Origin: an uncultured Ignavibacteriales bacterium
GTDB lineage: Bacteria; Zixibacteria; MSB-5A5; GN15; JAAZOE01
Assembly (NCBI GenBank): GCA_964611355.1
Contig: CAZSYD010000013.1
Location: forward strand, 1 to 57,243
Direction: 5' to 3'
Length of the DNA stretch: 57,243 nt
Below the pieces are notes generated by a model. The model saw nothing but the letters and a program-made list of their open reading frames with translations, was not told the origin of the DNA and searched no databases. Below are positions 19,846-29,989 of this stretch, in pieces (within the stretch, counting starts at the first letter, position 1; each line of letters begins with the position of its first letter). A program made the translations under genes and the position numbers.

Positions 19846-20692
19846 ATTCTTTGGCGCCGTGTCCGATTACGCTTTCGTGAGATATGCTCTTTTGGCGGGT
19901 ATCCTGGCCTCGATCGCCTGCGGCGTGGTCGGTAGTTACGTCGTCACGCGAAGGATAAGTTATGTCGCGGGAGCGATCTCGCATTTTGTTCTCGGCGGTA
20001 TGGGCGTTGTCCGGTATCTCAACGTTGTTCACGGGTGGAGCTTTTTGCAGCCGCTTCACGGCGCGGTTATCTCGGCTCTTATCGCGGCGGTGATTATTGC
20101 CATGGTCAGTCTACGGGCGCGTGAACGGGAAGATACCGCCATCGGCGCGCTCTGGGCGGTCGGCATGGCGATCGGTATACTTTTTATTTCGCAGACGCCG
20201 GGATATAATCAGGATCTAATGAGTTACCTGTTTGGCAACATCCTGATGGTTACGCCAACCAACCTGTGGTTGATCGGCGCGCTGGACGTTTTGGTTATTC
20301 TAATCGGATTGCTTTTTTATAATCAACTGCTGGCGGTATGTTTTGACGAGGAATATGCCCGCCTGCGGGGCGTCAACGTCGAGCTTTTCTATATCGTCCT
20401 GCTCTGTCTGACGGCTTTGACGGTCGTTATTTTAATTAGCGTGGTCGGGATCGTGATGGTGATCGCCCTGATTACTCTCCCCGCGGCGGTGGCCGGACAT
20501 TTGACCAATACTCTCTGGCGGATGATGCTTCTGGCGATTTTGTTCAGTGTCGCTTTTACCGTCATCGGCATTGGAATTAGTTTTTCTCCCAACCTCCCCG
20601 CCGGCGCGATGATTATCGTTTTGGCCGGCACGGTTTATTTATTGGTTACATTCGGCGTCAGGGTGATGCGCAAGCGAGTAGCTGTTCACTGA
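19838..20692 (+). CDS. znuB: Zn/Mn ABC transporter permease (ABC-3)
   Basis: AISH...G, DTAIG, YLFGNI, FDEEYA..RG, VG..MVIAL..LPAA. Confidence 0.9.
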   Translation: MSEFFGAVSDYAFVRYALLAGILASIACGVVGSYVVTRRISYVAGAISHFVLGGMGVVRYLNVVHGWSFLQPLHGAVISALIAAVIIAMVSLRAREREDTAIGALWAVGMAIGILFISQTPGYNQDLMSYLFGNILMVTPTNLWLIGALDVLVILIGLLFYNQLLAVCFDEEYARLRGVNVELFYIVLLCLTALTVVILISVVGIVMVIALITLPAAVAGHLTNTLWRMMLLAILFSVAFTVIGIGISFSPNLPAGAMIIVLAGTVYLLVTFGVRVMRKRVAVH

Positions 20693-20716
20693 TATTTTTA
20701 AGGAATGGTGGATTAA

Positions 20717-20816
20717 NNNNNNNNNNNNNNNNNNNNNNNNNNNNNNNNNNNNNNNNNNNNNNNNNNNNNNNNNNNNNNNNNNNNNNNNNNNNNNNNNNNN
20801 NNNNNNNNNNNNNNNN
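20717..20816. other. Assembly gap (100 N)
   Basis: Run of N with no obvious duplicated flanks, so adjacency across it is unverified. Confidence 0.95.
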
Positions 20817-20968
20817 ATCTGTTGGTAAACCTTATCGCCGTCAATTGCCCCAAATAAGAAAGACGCCCACGCGAATTCTAACCATGTCGGCACAACGAGT
20901 TTTTTCCTCTCAGACTTCATCGGAGGACATTATAATGAAATGATTGACCATACCAAGGCATAATGCAG

Positions 20969-22093
20969 CTAACGATTTGAGCTTTCTTCGTTACCGTTTT
21001 TTTCCACTGCATCTTCCACGATTTCCACAGCCACTTCGTCCTCCTCCGCCAGCTTCAACCGGAAGATGTCGAAGATGGAGACGAAAACGGCGGCGATAAA
21101 CGGGCCGAGGACAATCCCCAGAAGGCCGAACATTGCTACCCCACCCATAATTGAAACGAAAAGTAGCATGGTGTGCATGCCGGTTTGGCCGGAAACCAGA
21201 AGCGGCCGCAGGATATTATCGATTTGGCTGACCACAATCGTGCCGATGGCGATCAACAGGATGCCTTTGATATATTCGCCGGTGATGATTAAAATCAGCC
21301 CGGCGGGAATATAAATCAGAAACGGCCCCAGGATCGGAATGAACGCCAGAAAGGCCATGAACGCGCCCCAGAATACCGGCGAAGGCAGACCCATGATGAC
21401 AAAAAGCAACCCGCCCAGAAAACCCTGAACCAGCGCCACCACCACTCCGCCGTACATGGTGCCTTGGATGACGTTTCGGAGATGAGTGGTAGTTGCTTCG
21501 GCCTTTTCCTGGGACATCGGAATAACGGATTTGATCTGGTCGAAAAGTTTCTCCCCGTCGCGGAAAAAGAAAAACATAAAAAAGACCACCATGCCGAACT
21601 GGAACATCACCTTGCCGGCGTTGGCCAGGATACTGGTGGCCTGTGAAAGCGCGATTTTGGAAATCGATTTGAGGGAGTTCTCGATAATGACCTTCAGGTC
21701 AAACTTTGACAGGTCAACATACGGTTCCAGCCGATGCTGGACAACGGCATAGACCGGGGAATTTTTAAAATCTATAAACTGATCAAGCTTTCCGGCATCG
21801 ACCCAGACCTTGAAATGGTCGAACATGCCGATCGCTTCCTGCACCAGGGCAACTCCGAGATAAGATATCGGGCCGATGATGATAATTACTATCAGGGCCG
21901 TCAGAAGCAAAGAGCGCAGATTGTCCGATCTGACGCCCCTTTCAAGTTTCTGATAAAGGGGATAAAAAACGACGGCGAAAATGGCGGCCCAGCAGAGCGG
22001 CACCAGAAACGGCTCCAGCAAGCGATAAAACAGGTAAAACGACAAAACCACCAAAGTGAAAAAGAGAGTGATAAAGAAATATTCCTTTTTCAT
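20969..22093 (-). CDS. AI-2E (PerM/YdiK) family transporter
   Basis: FFFFRDGE, A..QG..GG, FIPILG, DNILRP, FGLLGIVLGP. Confidence 0.92.
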   Translation of the reverse strand: MKKEYFFITLFFTLVVLSFYLFYRLLEPFLVPLCWAAIFAVVFYPLYQKLERGVRSDNLRSLLLTALIVIIIIGPISYLGVALVQEAIGMFDHFKVWVDAGKLDQFIDFKNSPVYAVVQHRLEPYVDLSKFDLKVIIENSLKSISKIALSQATSILANAGKVMFQFGMVVFFMFFFFRDGEKLFDQIKSVIPMSQEKAEATTTHLRNVIQGTMYGGVVVALVQGFLGGLLFVIMGLPSPVFWGAFMAFLAFIPILGPFLIYIPAGLILIITGEYIKGILLIAIGTIVVSQIDNILRPLLVSGQTGMHTMLLFVSIMGGVAMFGLLGIVLGPFIAAVFVSIFDIFRLKLAEEDEVAVEIVEDAVEKNGNEESSNR

Positions 22094-22279
22094 TTTTGCA
22101 CCGCCTTGTGCTTTGCGTTCATCCCTGTGCGGTCTGCGATAAATTCAAATGCCTGCATGAACGCTGAATAAATCTTCTCTAATATAATCGACTGATAGTC
22201 GGGTATTCCTTATATGGGGCCAAGAATGTTCAGTTAAACCCGGAACCATTCGCGGCCAAATACGAGAGCAATCGTTTTA

Positions 22280-22780
22280 TCAGTTCCCCGACACTGATTG
22301 GTTTTCTCCGCCGTTTTCCTCCATCTCTTTTTCGATAGTTTCCAGTTCGGCCGGGTCGATTTCGATCCGTGGCTGTTTGATGCCGAGGTATCGCTGGTAC
22401 CATTTCCAGTATTTTCGCTGTCCTTTTAGTTTCTTTTTGTACAGCTTTTCTTTCTTATGAGCGACGGCGTCGTATTTTTCGATTATTTGAATAAGGTTTT
22501 CGACATTTTCGCGCCTTTCCATGGCGATCCGGAAGGTATCGTAATCCTTGATTGAAAAAACCGACTGAATAATCGGCTCGAAAAAGACCAGCGCCTGCGA
22601 TCCTATATAATTGAGCGGTTTGACCGATTCGAGAAAAAGAACGGCGGGCACGGTCATCCGCCATGAGACAACTTTTTTGGCCACTTTTTCCAGAACGGCG
22701 GTTTCTTCCGGCGGGATCGATTGTTTTTCGGGTCGTTGGCTGCCGCCCGAGGAGGAAAAGATGTCTTTGAAAATGCTCAT
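22280..22780 (-). CDS. Hypothetical protein
   Basis: 166-aa ORF translationally coupled to the upstream gene; conserved-looking core PAVLFLESVKPL. Confidence 0.7.
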   Translation of the reverse strand: MSIFKDIFSSSGGSQRPEKQSIPPEETAVLEKVAKKVVSWRMTVPAVLFLESVKPLNYIGSQALVFFEPIIQSVFSIKDYDTFRIAMERRENVENLIQIIEKYDAVAHKKEKLYKKKLKGQRKYWKWYQRYLGIKQPRIEIDPAELETIEKEMEENGGENQSVSGN

Positions 22781-23259
22781 TTATCTTTCTCGAATTTAAT
22801 TTTGGAGCGGACGAGATCAAGTACCCGGTCGCGGTTACAGGAGAATTTTATGTAAATGCCGCGGAAATTCTCCAGCCGGGTCGGCCGACCGAAAGGGGAA
22901 AGAAGAACGCCGTTTTTATCGGGATAAAACGACCGGTACTGTTTCCATTCCTTACGAAGAGATTGCACGGCGGTCTTGACGATAAAATGGTCATCATAGA
23001 AAAGGTACCGGGTCGGGAAATAGAAGCCGGTCAGAGAGCCGAAAAGAATCAACACCGCCAGAGCGGTCAGGATAATCGAGTAAGAGATAAGCCAGACCAG
23101 GATAGTGCAGATGATGACAAATACGGTCGTCAGGGCGGTGATGGTCGTATTCCGCCTGGCCGGATGGCACAGATATTCCAGGAGCGGTTGGCTGTTGTCG
23201 CTGACATCAGCGTCTCCGGAAGTCCGCCGTTGAGATTTATCCCGGTTTTTGTTTTCCAT
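22777..23259 (-). CDS. Hypothetical 2-TM membrane protein (possible PH-like C-terminal domain)
   Basis: Two hydrophobic helices followed by FPTRY...W..YRS...GVLLSPF..P.RL..FRG. Confidence 0.72.
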   Translation of the reverse strand: MENKNRDKSQRRTSGDADVSDNSQPLLEYLCHPARRNTTITALTTVFVIICTILVWLISYSIILTALAVLILFGSLTGFYFPTRYLFYDDHFIVKTAVQSLRKEWKQYRSFYPDKNGVLLSPFGRPTRLENFRGIYIKFSCNRDRVLDLVRSKIKFEKDK

Positions 23260-23261
23260 GT

Positions 23262-23504
23262 TTATTTATTCGGCTGGTCACCGCCGGGAGAACTTTGATT
23301 CTCCTGCAGGATTTTGTACCGTTCGTTTTTCACCTGCTCCATGAACTGAAGGTATTCCTTGGGATCGATAATCTTTTTGGTAATCAGCAGGCGTACCAGC
23401 GCCTCCTGAGCCAAGTTATTGGACAGGGTCAGTTCTTCGTAGGTTATTTCCCGTTCCTTGCCGTCTATCAGGACTTTCAATGCCGGCGGTTTTTTTTCAT
23501 TCAT
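23262..23504 (-). CDS. Small hypothetical protein
   Basis: 80 aa, first gene of a tight three-gene operon; EALVRLLITKKII. Confidence 0.7.
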   Translation of the reverse strand: MNEKKPPALKVLIDGKEREITYEELTLSNNLAQEALVRLLITKKIIDPKEYLQFMEQVKNERYKILQENQSSPGGDQPNK

Positions 23505-23786
23505 TGTCCAGACCTTCCGTTTTTGTCGTTAAGTCAGGATTAGACTTCCCTGACGGTAGCTTTCCGGGTCAAAGGTAACATACTTAAATTCCCCTGACTT
23601 GACAATAGCCAAGACAGCCGCCTTAAAGATTTGCGGTATAATCTGAAACGGTTTTGCCGGAGTAAAAGAAGTCCGGTTTTCGCCGAACAGCTTCTAAAAA
23701 TCAGGCCGGAGGTCAGGCGTTACTCTTTCAAAAATATGTTATGCTTTCAACTTGGGAAAATATATATGAGCGCAAATACTATCGCC

Positions 23787-24656
23787 TCAATTCTTTGAGG
23801 CCTTTATCCGGGCCTTTTTGGCGCCGATCTTGATTACCGCTCCCCAGAGGAATAGCATAATGAAAGCGACCACAAAAACCATCATGCCGGAAAGCTCGTG
23901 CAAAAATTCCTCGGCCAGTTCTCTGGAGACGGTGTGAGCTCCGACGGCGGTGAAAAGAATGCGAAAAACATTGGCCGCGACGGCGATCGGGATAGTCGAG
24001 AGAAAAAGAATCACCTGCCGGAGGAAATCTTTCTGGGTCAACCGGGCATAGACGGCCCCCAGAGCTAGGAGGGAAATCAGCGACCGTAATCCGCTGCAGG
24101 CTTCGGCCACCTCGAGAGAATATCCCGGCAGGTGGATGATGTTTCCCTGGCGAACGGCCGTCATACCGATAAGATTGAGTATTTTGATTGTCGCCTTGGT
24201 GGCGAAAAGCTGCATCGGGAAGGTCAGCGAATTATAAACGACATACGGCAGGGGAATCATAAACAGGAGAAAAAGCAGTTCAAACCAGATGGCGGAGATA
24301 ACTTTCCGGCCGAAAAGATACCAGACCAGACCGAACAAGGTTACCACCAGCGAAAACCGGAGAGTGAAATACTCGGCGGCGGCATTGGCCAGAATAAAGA
24401 TAATCATTCCGAAGATGATAATCGGCAGGCCGGAGTTGTCGCCGGAAGGATCGACCAACTCTTTCAGGCGTGATCTTTTTCTCCAGATCAAATAACCGGA
24501 AACAAGCGGTATAAGAAAACCGTGAGAGTAATTGGCGTCATCGTACCAGTCCCCGATCATACCGATGATTACCGGTATGTAAATGATCAGGAAAAGAATA
24601 AAGGCAGCCGCCAGAATCAGGGAAGGCTTTCTTTTTGAGATCGATTTATTCGGCAT
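23787..24656 (-). CDS. Exosortase (EpsH/Xrt family transpeptidase)
   Basis: YSHGFLIP, F.IPLP; catalytic Cys in VAEACSGLRS, Arg in NVFR, His in FLHE; about 8 TM segments. Confidence 0.92.
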   Translation of the reverse strand: MPNKSISKRKPSLILAAAFILFLIIYIPVIIGMIGDWYDDANYSHGFLIPLVSGYLIWRKRSRLKELVDPSGDNSGLPIIIFGMIIFILANAAAEYFTLRFSLVVTLFGLVWYLFGRKVISAIWFELLFLLFMIPLPYVVYNSLTFPMQLFATKATIKILNLIGMTAVRQGNIIHLPGYSLEVAEACSGLRSLISLLALGAVYARLTQKDFLRQVILFLSTIPIAVAANVFRILFTAVGAHTVSRELAEEFLHELSGMMVFVVAFIMLFLWGAVIKIGAKKARIKASKN

Positions 24657-24914
24657 GACGCTAAAAAAACGCTTCCTTTACCAAAAAGTCGAACACTTTT
24701 TGGGATTTTATTGGGCTGCCTTATAATATATACTATATTATCGGCTGGCGGGACGAAAGATTTGTCGATACTTCGGCAAATTCGGTTTATGGCCTGATTG
24801 AGGATATTATACCGGGATTAGTGGTATAAATAATGTAGAGAGCGCGTAGCCGCAGGTGTCTTCGGGGACTAAGCAGAGATTCAGCGGTTGCGGCGATTTA
24901 CCGATATTGAGTAT

Positions 24915-25877
24915 ATGATAGACCCACGCGGGGAAAAGCGGACTCATCGCACGCGCAGCCTGAGATCGACTGCTCGGCGCAGGCGTATGTACCATCTGGT
25001 CGTTAATCGGCTGGCCGGAAACAACCCGGAGAACTCATTGAGATTGGCCAATAAGCTGCAGCGGCGACTGAAACGCGGGCGTCGGGAATGTCATCTGTCT
25101 GTCGCTTCAAGCTGGGAGGAATACGGCAACAAGGTCACCGTGGCCATACGCAGCCGGCCGTTTGCCGTGGTTGTTTTTGGCGGCGACGGTTCGGTGCGGT
25201 TGGCCGCTTCACTGGCGGTCAGGGCCAGGGTCCTCCTGGGTATTGTTCCCTGCGGCCGGTATAACAATATATTCACGTCGATTTACGGCCATAGTAACCC
25301 GGAAGCCGCGCTTGATGTCGTTCGGTCGGAGTACCAGAGACGGATCGATGCCGGCCTGGCCAACGGCCATTTTTTCCTCGGTAATCTCGTCAGCGGTTTG
25401 GTGCCCGGTATGGTTGACCGGATCGGGCAAGAGAAACTCCCGCGGATGGCCGTGAGTTGGTCGAAGCTGGCCTCGCATGCCGCCGCCGCCACTACGCCGC
25501 GGGCGACCAAAATGAAGGTCGATTCATATACCTTCAATGCCCAGCCGCTGATCCTGAACATCCATATGCTCTCTCACCTTATGACGCTTCGGTTTGCACC
25601 CGCGGCGATTCCGGACGACGGCCGGGTAATTTTGATCTTTGACCGGAGCGGCGATCATGACATGGCTGCGCATTACATTCGTGATCTGAAAAAAGATAAA
25701 TACCAGTACACCGACGGTATGCGGATGATTCGGGGCCAGCGGATTGCTATCAGTCCTGTCGCCGGCCGGGTATGGCTGATGGACGGCGATGCGGTTGAAT
25801 TTTCCGCAAATGAACTGGCCATTGATGTGCTTCACCGGGCGTTGAGAATATTCTCCCATGCAACCGGGAAAGAATAA
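24915..25877 (+). CDS. Diacylglycerol/lipid kinase family protein (divergent)
   Basis: VVN..AG, FGGDGSV, LGIVPCG..N, RIDAG..NG and DGD motifs. Start uncertain. Confidence 0.78.
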   Translation: MIDPRGEKRTHRTRSLRSTARRRRMYHLVVNRLAGNNPENSLRLANKLQRRLKRGRRECHLSVASSWEEYGNKVTVAIRSRPFAVVVFGGDGSVRLAASLAVRARVLLGIVPCGRYNNIFTSIYGHSNPEAALDVVRSEYQRRIDAGLANGHFFLGNLVSGLVPGMVDRIGQEKLPRMAVSWSKLASHAAAATTPRATKMKVDSYTFNAQPLILNIHMLSHLMTLRFAPAAIPDDGRVILIFDRSGDHDMAAHYIRDLKKDKYQYTDGMRMIRGQRIAISPVAGRVWLMDGDAVEFSANELAIDVLHRALRIFSHATGKE

Positions 25878-26610
25878 ATTCACTTTTCTGCTTGCCGTTT
25901 CTTTCTGCTGCTTCGGTATCGGCGCGGCGGGAAATAATACAAATGAATTAATATCATTTTCGCCTTCAGGATCGACTATAGCGCAGACGGATTCCGTCAG
26001 ACCGGGCGAAGCCGCTGATACCGGGAAACGAGACATTGATACCATCTCCGATACATTATTGCCTGTTGGTTTCGATGATTCTACTCGCATACAGGCAGAC
26101 ACTTCCCTTGCCGACAGTGTCATTCTTGAACCGGTCCTTTACCGGTTCGGGCCGGACACGATACTAATCGGGGCTTATATTCCACGCGGCGTTGATTCCG
26201 CGAAGCACCTCTCACCCACTATGGCTCTTTTGAAATCGGTTGCCTTTCCCGGATGGGGGCAGTATTCCAACCGGAAATATTTCAAAGCCGGGTTGGTGTT
26301 TGCGGTGGAATCGTACTTCATTTACAAGTCAATCGACTTTGGCCGCAAAGCATCCGACTGGAAAGACAAATGGCGGGAAGCTGAAGATAATACGCTGAAA
26401 TCGGAGTACTTCAAAAAATATGCCGACTATCGCGACAGCCGCAACACCAACCTCTGGTACACAGCCCTGACCATATTCCTGTCAATGTTTGACGCTTATG
26501 TTGATGCTCACCTGGCGCCTTTCCCGGACCAGGTGACAAAGCCGGAAGAAGTATCATTTGATGTTACTCCATGTACACAAGCAGGAATATATTTCAATTA
26601 TAGATTTTGA
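25858..26610 (+). CDS. Exported/outer-membrane hypothetical protein (DUF5683-like)
   Basis: Signal peptide, D-S/T-rich linker, P..A.LKS..FPGWGQ..N, DAYVDAHL, terminal YRF. Confidence 0.75.
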   Translation: MQPGKNKFTFLLAVSFCCFGIGAAGNNTNELISFSPSGSTIAQTDSVRPGEAADTGKRDIDTISDTLLPVGFDDSTRIQADTSLADSVILEPVLYRFGPDTILIGAYIPRGVDSAKHLSPTMALLKSVAFPGWGQYSNRKYFKAGLVFAVESYFIYKSIDFGRKASDWKDKWREAEDNTLKSEYFKKYADYRDSRNTNLWYTALTIFLSMFDAYVDAHLAPFPDQVTKPEEVSFDVTPCTQAGIYFNYRF

Positions 26611-26629
26611 TCAGACTGAAGCGGTTATG

Positions 26630-28081
26630 TTAATCCGCCAGAATATATTTTGACAGTTTGAGGCCGTATTTCTCCGGCTCAATTATGCGGACGATATTTA
26701 TTCCGTGGTTTTCTTCCATGCTTAAATCAATCAGGATCGGTTCCGCTTTTTCGCCTTCGCGATCGGCGATGATGTACAGTTCGGGACGATACGGGTTTTC
26801 CTGATTGGTGCGACTGATTATGCCGAAACTGTCATTTGAAAACAGAACCAGCGTTCCGACCGGATAAATGCCGATGACGCCGACAAAAAGTTTCAGCAGC
26901 AGGGCGTCGAATTTGACTTTCATCTGGTTCATTAACCTGCGCATAACCTCATCCGGCGGTATAGGATCTTTAATGTAAACCCGTCCGGATGAAAGGGCGT
27001 CGAAGTTGTCGACAATTGATACGATGCGGGAGTACAGGTTGGTCGGGCGCTCATCCGGCAGCGTAGGATAGCCGGAATGATCGGGATTTATATGATGTTC
27101 GAAGGCGACCGCCATGGCTCGAGCCATACCGGAATCAAGTTTCATGGTTTTGGCGATTGTCATGGCCCCGTAAACGGGGTGCTTGCGCATTTGCTCCCAG
27201 TCAAATTCGTTGAACTTTTCGGGTTTATTGATCAGATCGGAAGGGAGTTTGGCCTTGCCGACGTCGTGAAATATGGCGGCCAGGCCGAGTTCCAGAAGCT
27301 CCCGTCGCGACAGGCCAAGGCGAAAACCGAGGGTGAGCGCGTAGATGCAGACGTTGGTGCAATGGGCATAGGTGTATTCGTCAAAATCCTTAATTGAGGC
27401 CAGTTCAATCAGGGCAGCATCGTCCTGTGAGATCTGATCGATAATCGAGTGAATCACCCGCCTCGTGCGGGAAACGGGGATATGCTTTTTGTCGGCGGCC
27501 GAACTCAGAACCTCTTTAACCGTTGAAAGAGCCCGGAAGAATATATTGCGCGCCTGCCGGCGTATTTGTCGCCGGTCTTCCGGACTTATTTTTTGGCTGT
27601 CCATAAGGGTCTGGCGGGCAATGAGAGAGATCGAATCAACCCCCAGTTCGGCCAGTTTGACTTTTAACTTCTCGCGGGGTTCTTTCTCCGGAGGGTCAAG
27701 ATTCCAGAGCATAGCGACAAAGACGTTCAACTGTTCCGGCGTTATGGTGTCGCCGATTATTATACCGCCGAAGTCAAACTCCGCCCAGCGTCGGACTACC
27801 TCTTCGGAACCGGTTCTCTCGTCGGTTTCAACACTGAGGAAATTGTCATTTACAAACAGGTGTTTATCAATGACCTTGATGCTGACGCCGCCATGATCGC
27901 CCATATAATTTGTAAGCAGGTCAAAAAACCGGGCAGACCGATTCAGGTAGGATTCGTTGTTGGTGTCGTAGAGCCGGGCGGCTTTTATCAGCATAAACAG
28001 GGCGAAGGCCATATCCCTGGCGGCTTGCAGCTGTTCCCTGTCCGTTGGCCGATCGATTGACTTATTCAGCATCGTCATCAC
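26630..28081 (-). CDS. HD-GYP domain protein (cyclic dinucleotide phosphodiesterase family)
   Basis: DEYTYAHCTNV, FHDVGK, HP..G, HH...SGYP, D.FDAL...R.Y. Confidence 0.9.
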   Translation of the reverse strand: MMTMLNKSIDRPTDREQLQAARDMAFALFMLIKAARLYDTNNESYLNRSARFFDLLTNYMGDHGGVSIKVIDKHLFVNDNFLSVETDERTGSEEVVRRWAEFDFGGIIIGDTITPEQLNVFVAMLWNLDPPEKEPREKLKVKLAELGVDSISLIARQTLMDSQKISPEDRRQIRRQARNIFFRALSTVKEVLSSAADKKHIPVSRTRRVIHSIIDQISQDDAALIELASIKDFDEYTYAHCTNVCIYALTLGFRLGLSRRELLELGLAAIFHDVGKAKLPSDLINKPEKFNEFDWEQMRKHPVYGAMTIAKTMKLDSGMARAMAVAFEHHINPDHSGYPTLPDERPTNLYSRIVSIVDNFDALSSGRVYIKDPIPPDEVMRRLMNQMKVKFDALLLKLFVGVIGIYPVGTLVLFSNDSFGIISRTNQENPYRPELYIIADREGEKAEPILIDLSMEENHGINIVRIIEPEKYGLKLSKYILAD

Positions 28082-29906
28082 AGCCTCCGCCGTAGATCAG
28101 TTTCCGGCGCTGTTCCAGCGCCGCCGAGGCGGCTTCCCGAAGCCATCGCCGCCGCGAGCAGGTGAACTTCAGTATTGCCTTTTCCGCATCATCCGATCGA
28201 TTATGAACAAGCGCCGTCAGGGCGGCCAAGCGATAGCGTATCGAATGGGCCGGTGCAAAGAGTCGAACGGTTCCGATTATGGAAGTAAGGTAATCAACCA
28301 CTTCTTCGCCGCCCAAGCGCGAAAAGGCGATTAAAAACCACTCTTGTTCCTCCATCGAATATTTTTCGAATTTCTCCGAGTTAATAATGCTCGAAAGATT
28401 CTCAAAAGGCCGGCGCCCTCCCACTTGCTCGAGGTATTTCAAGCAATTCAACCGCAGTTCGGAATCGCCGTCTTCGAGGAAGCGACAGAGAAGATAAATG
28501 GCGGCGTCCGATTTTATACCGGCCAGTGCTCGGATTGTCTCGGCCCGCACCCGGCTGTCGGGATGATCGACGGTTTGTTCCAGATAGGTTAATATCTGTT
28601 CGCCGCCGATCCGGCCGAGAATCATGACGCTGTTGCGAACAATATACCAGCGTTTGTCCTGAATTCCTTTACCGATAACGGTAATTCTTTCCCGGCTGCG
28701 TCGCGCCAGGTAGTCGCACACCATCAGGCGAGCGTTTTTGGCCACCAGTTTACCGAGCATGTCGGTGATATGAGCCAGTGATTCCCAGCCCAGCGATTCC
28801 AGGTAAATTTCAAGAGCGCCGGTATCGATCGCCTCCTGCAGGTTGATGATATCGGTCAACTGCTCGATTCGTTTTTTGTCACCCGCTCGCCGCAGGAATT
28901 CTTCCAGCCGTGCGGCCAGGACCGGCTTGGTCGAGGCCAGGCTTTTCTGCCGACAGCGGATTGAATGAACAAAATCGGCGGCGACGGCAAAAACGCCTGC
29001 CGTCAGAAGCTCATCCAGTATCTTTTCGCAGGCGCCGACGCTGTCAAAAAACGGTTTCTTTTCATCCCATAGATGGAGGATCTCGACCAGGATACGGGCG
29101 GCGGAGCGGCAGGGATTGAAATATCGATTCTCTTCGAGAAGACGCCTGATTTCGCGGTTTTCTTCAGAGCTCAGCGAATAACTTCCGTTAATGAGTAGTT
29201 CCGGCTCTTTATTCTGGTCGGGCCGGGGTTCCAACGATATACCGGTCTGCCGGGCGGCTTCGGCTATCTCTGCCGTTGCCGGTGCAGAAACGGTCGATAT
29301 ACCTCCGGGCGGCGTTGCCGCCTCACGGGCCTGCTCTTCCCTGATATCCAGTATGATATCTCTGTACTGAACGGCGCCGGCTTTATCGCCGCCGGTATTG
29401 TACGCGGAGTAAAGCCCGCGGATGACAGTTTCGGAGTCGTACTCGCCAATGGCGACATCTTCGACTGTTTTGAAGGTAATATGATCAAATTGCTCCTGCC
29501 AGAGAAGCGAAACGAGGTCGCGGTCGGAAGAGAGATCATTTATATAATCTTTTACGCGGCCAAGGAAGGAGTTGAACTCCTTGCGGCGCAAACCGTTCAG
29601 GAATTCCAAAACGATAATGCCGGCATCATGGAAAAACGATGCCAGAGTTTCTTCTTTACTGCTATCTTTAAAAACAACCTCTTTCCGATAAATCAGCTTA
29701 CCCGGCCGGATATCGAATTTCAGGCCGTCAAACCGGGCTACCAGTTCAATAAACCGCCGACCGACCGAGGCGCGCATTTTTATCGGTAAAGGGTTATCAG
29801 GCGGATAAAGCGAGAGTACCTTGATGACCTTCAAAAGATCCCGAAGGAGAAGATTGATGTCCGAGGTCGCTTCCTGAATAAGATGTTCGCTGATGATATT
29901 CGTCAT
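28062..29906 (-). CDS. HEAT-repeat protein
   Basis: DKRWYIVRNSVMILGRIG, HPDSRVRAETIRALA, D.ELR. N-terminus resembles that of the adjacent HD-GYP protein. Confidence 0.82.
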   Translation of the reverse strand: MTNIISEHLIQEATSDINLLLRDLLKVIKVLSLYPPDNPLPIKMRASVGRRFIELVARFDGLKFDIRPGKLIYRKEVVFKDSSKEETLASFFHDAGIIVLEFLNGLRRKEFNSFLGRVKDYINDLSSDRDLVSLLWQEQFDHITFKTVEDVAIGEYDSETVIRGLYSAYNTGGDKAGAVQYRDIILDIREEQAREAATPPGGISTVSAPATAEIAEAARQTGISLEPRPDQNKEPELLINGSYSLSSEENREIRRLLEENRYFNPCRSAARILVEILHLWDEKKPFFDSVGACEKILDELLTAGVFAVAADFVHSIRCRQKSLASTKPVLAARLEEFLRRAGDKKRIEQLTDIINLQEAIDTGALEIYLESLGWESLAHITDMLGKLVAKNARLMVCDYLARRSRERITVIGKGIQDKRWYIVRNSVMILGRIGGEQILTYLEQTVDHPDSRVRAETIRALAGIKSDAAIYLLCRFLEDGDSELRLNCLKYLEQVGGRRPFENLSSIINSEKFEKYSMEEQEWFLIAFSRLGGEEVVDYLTSIIGTVRLFAPAHSIRYRLAALTALVHNRSDDAEKAILKFTCSRRRWLREAASAALEQRRKLIYGGGCDDDAE

Positions 29907-29989
29907 AGTTCAGGCCGGATGCGGGTATTGCCTATTTTCTATATATCGGAGTGTGACAGCAAAGATTTAGCCGCCACCGGGCGTAAAGG

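Noticed and set aside
20817..20920. Minus-strand ORF start (MKSERKKLVV...) running into the gap
   Set aside because: Only about 34 codons visible, with no RBS or recognisable motif.
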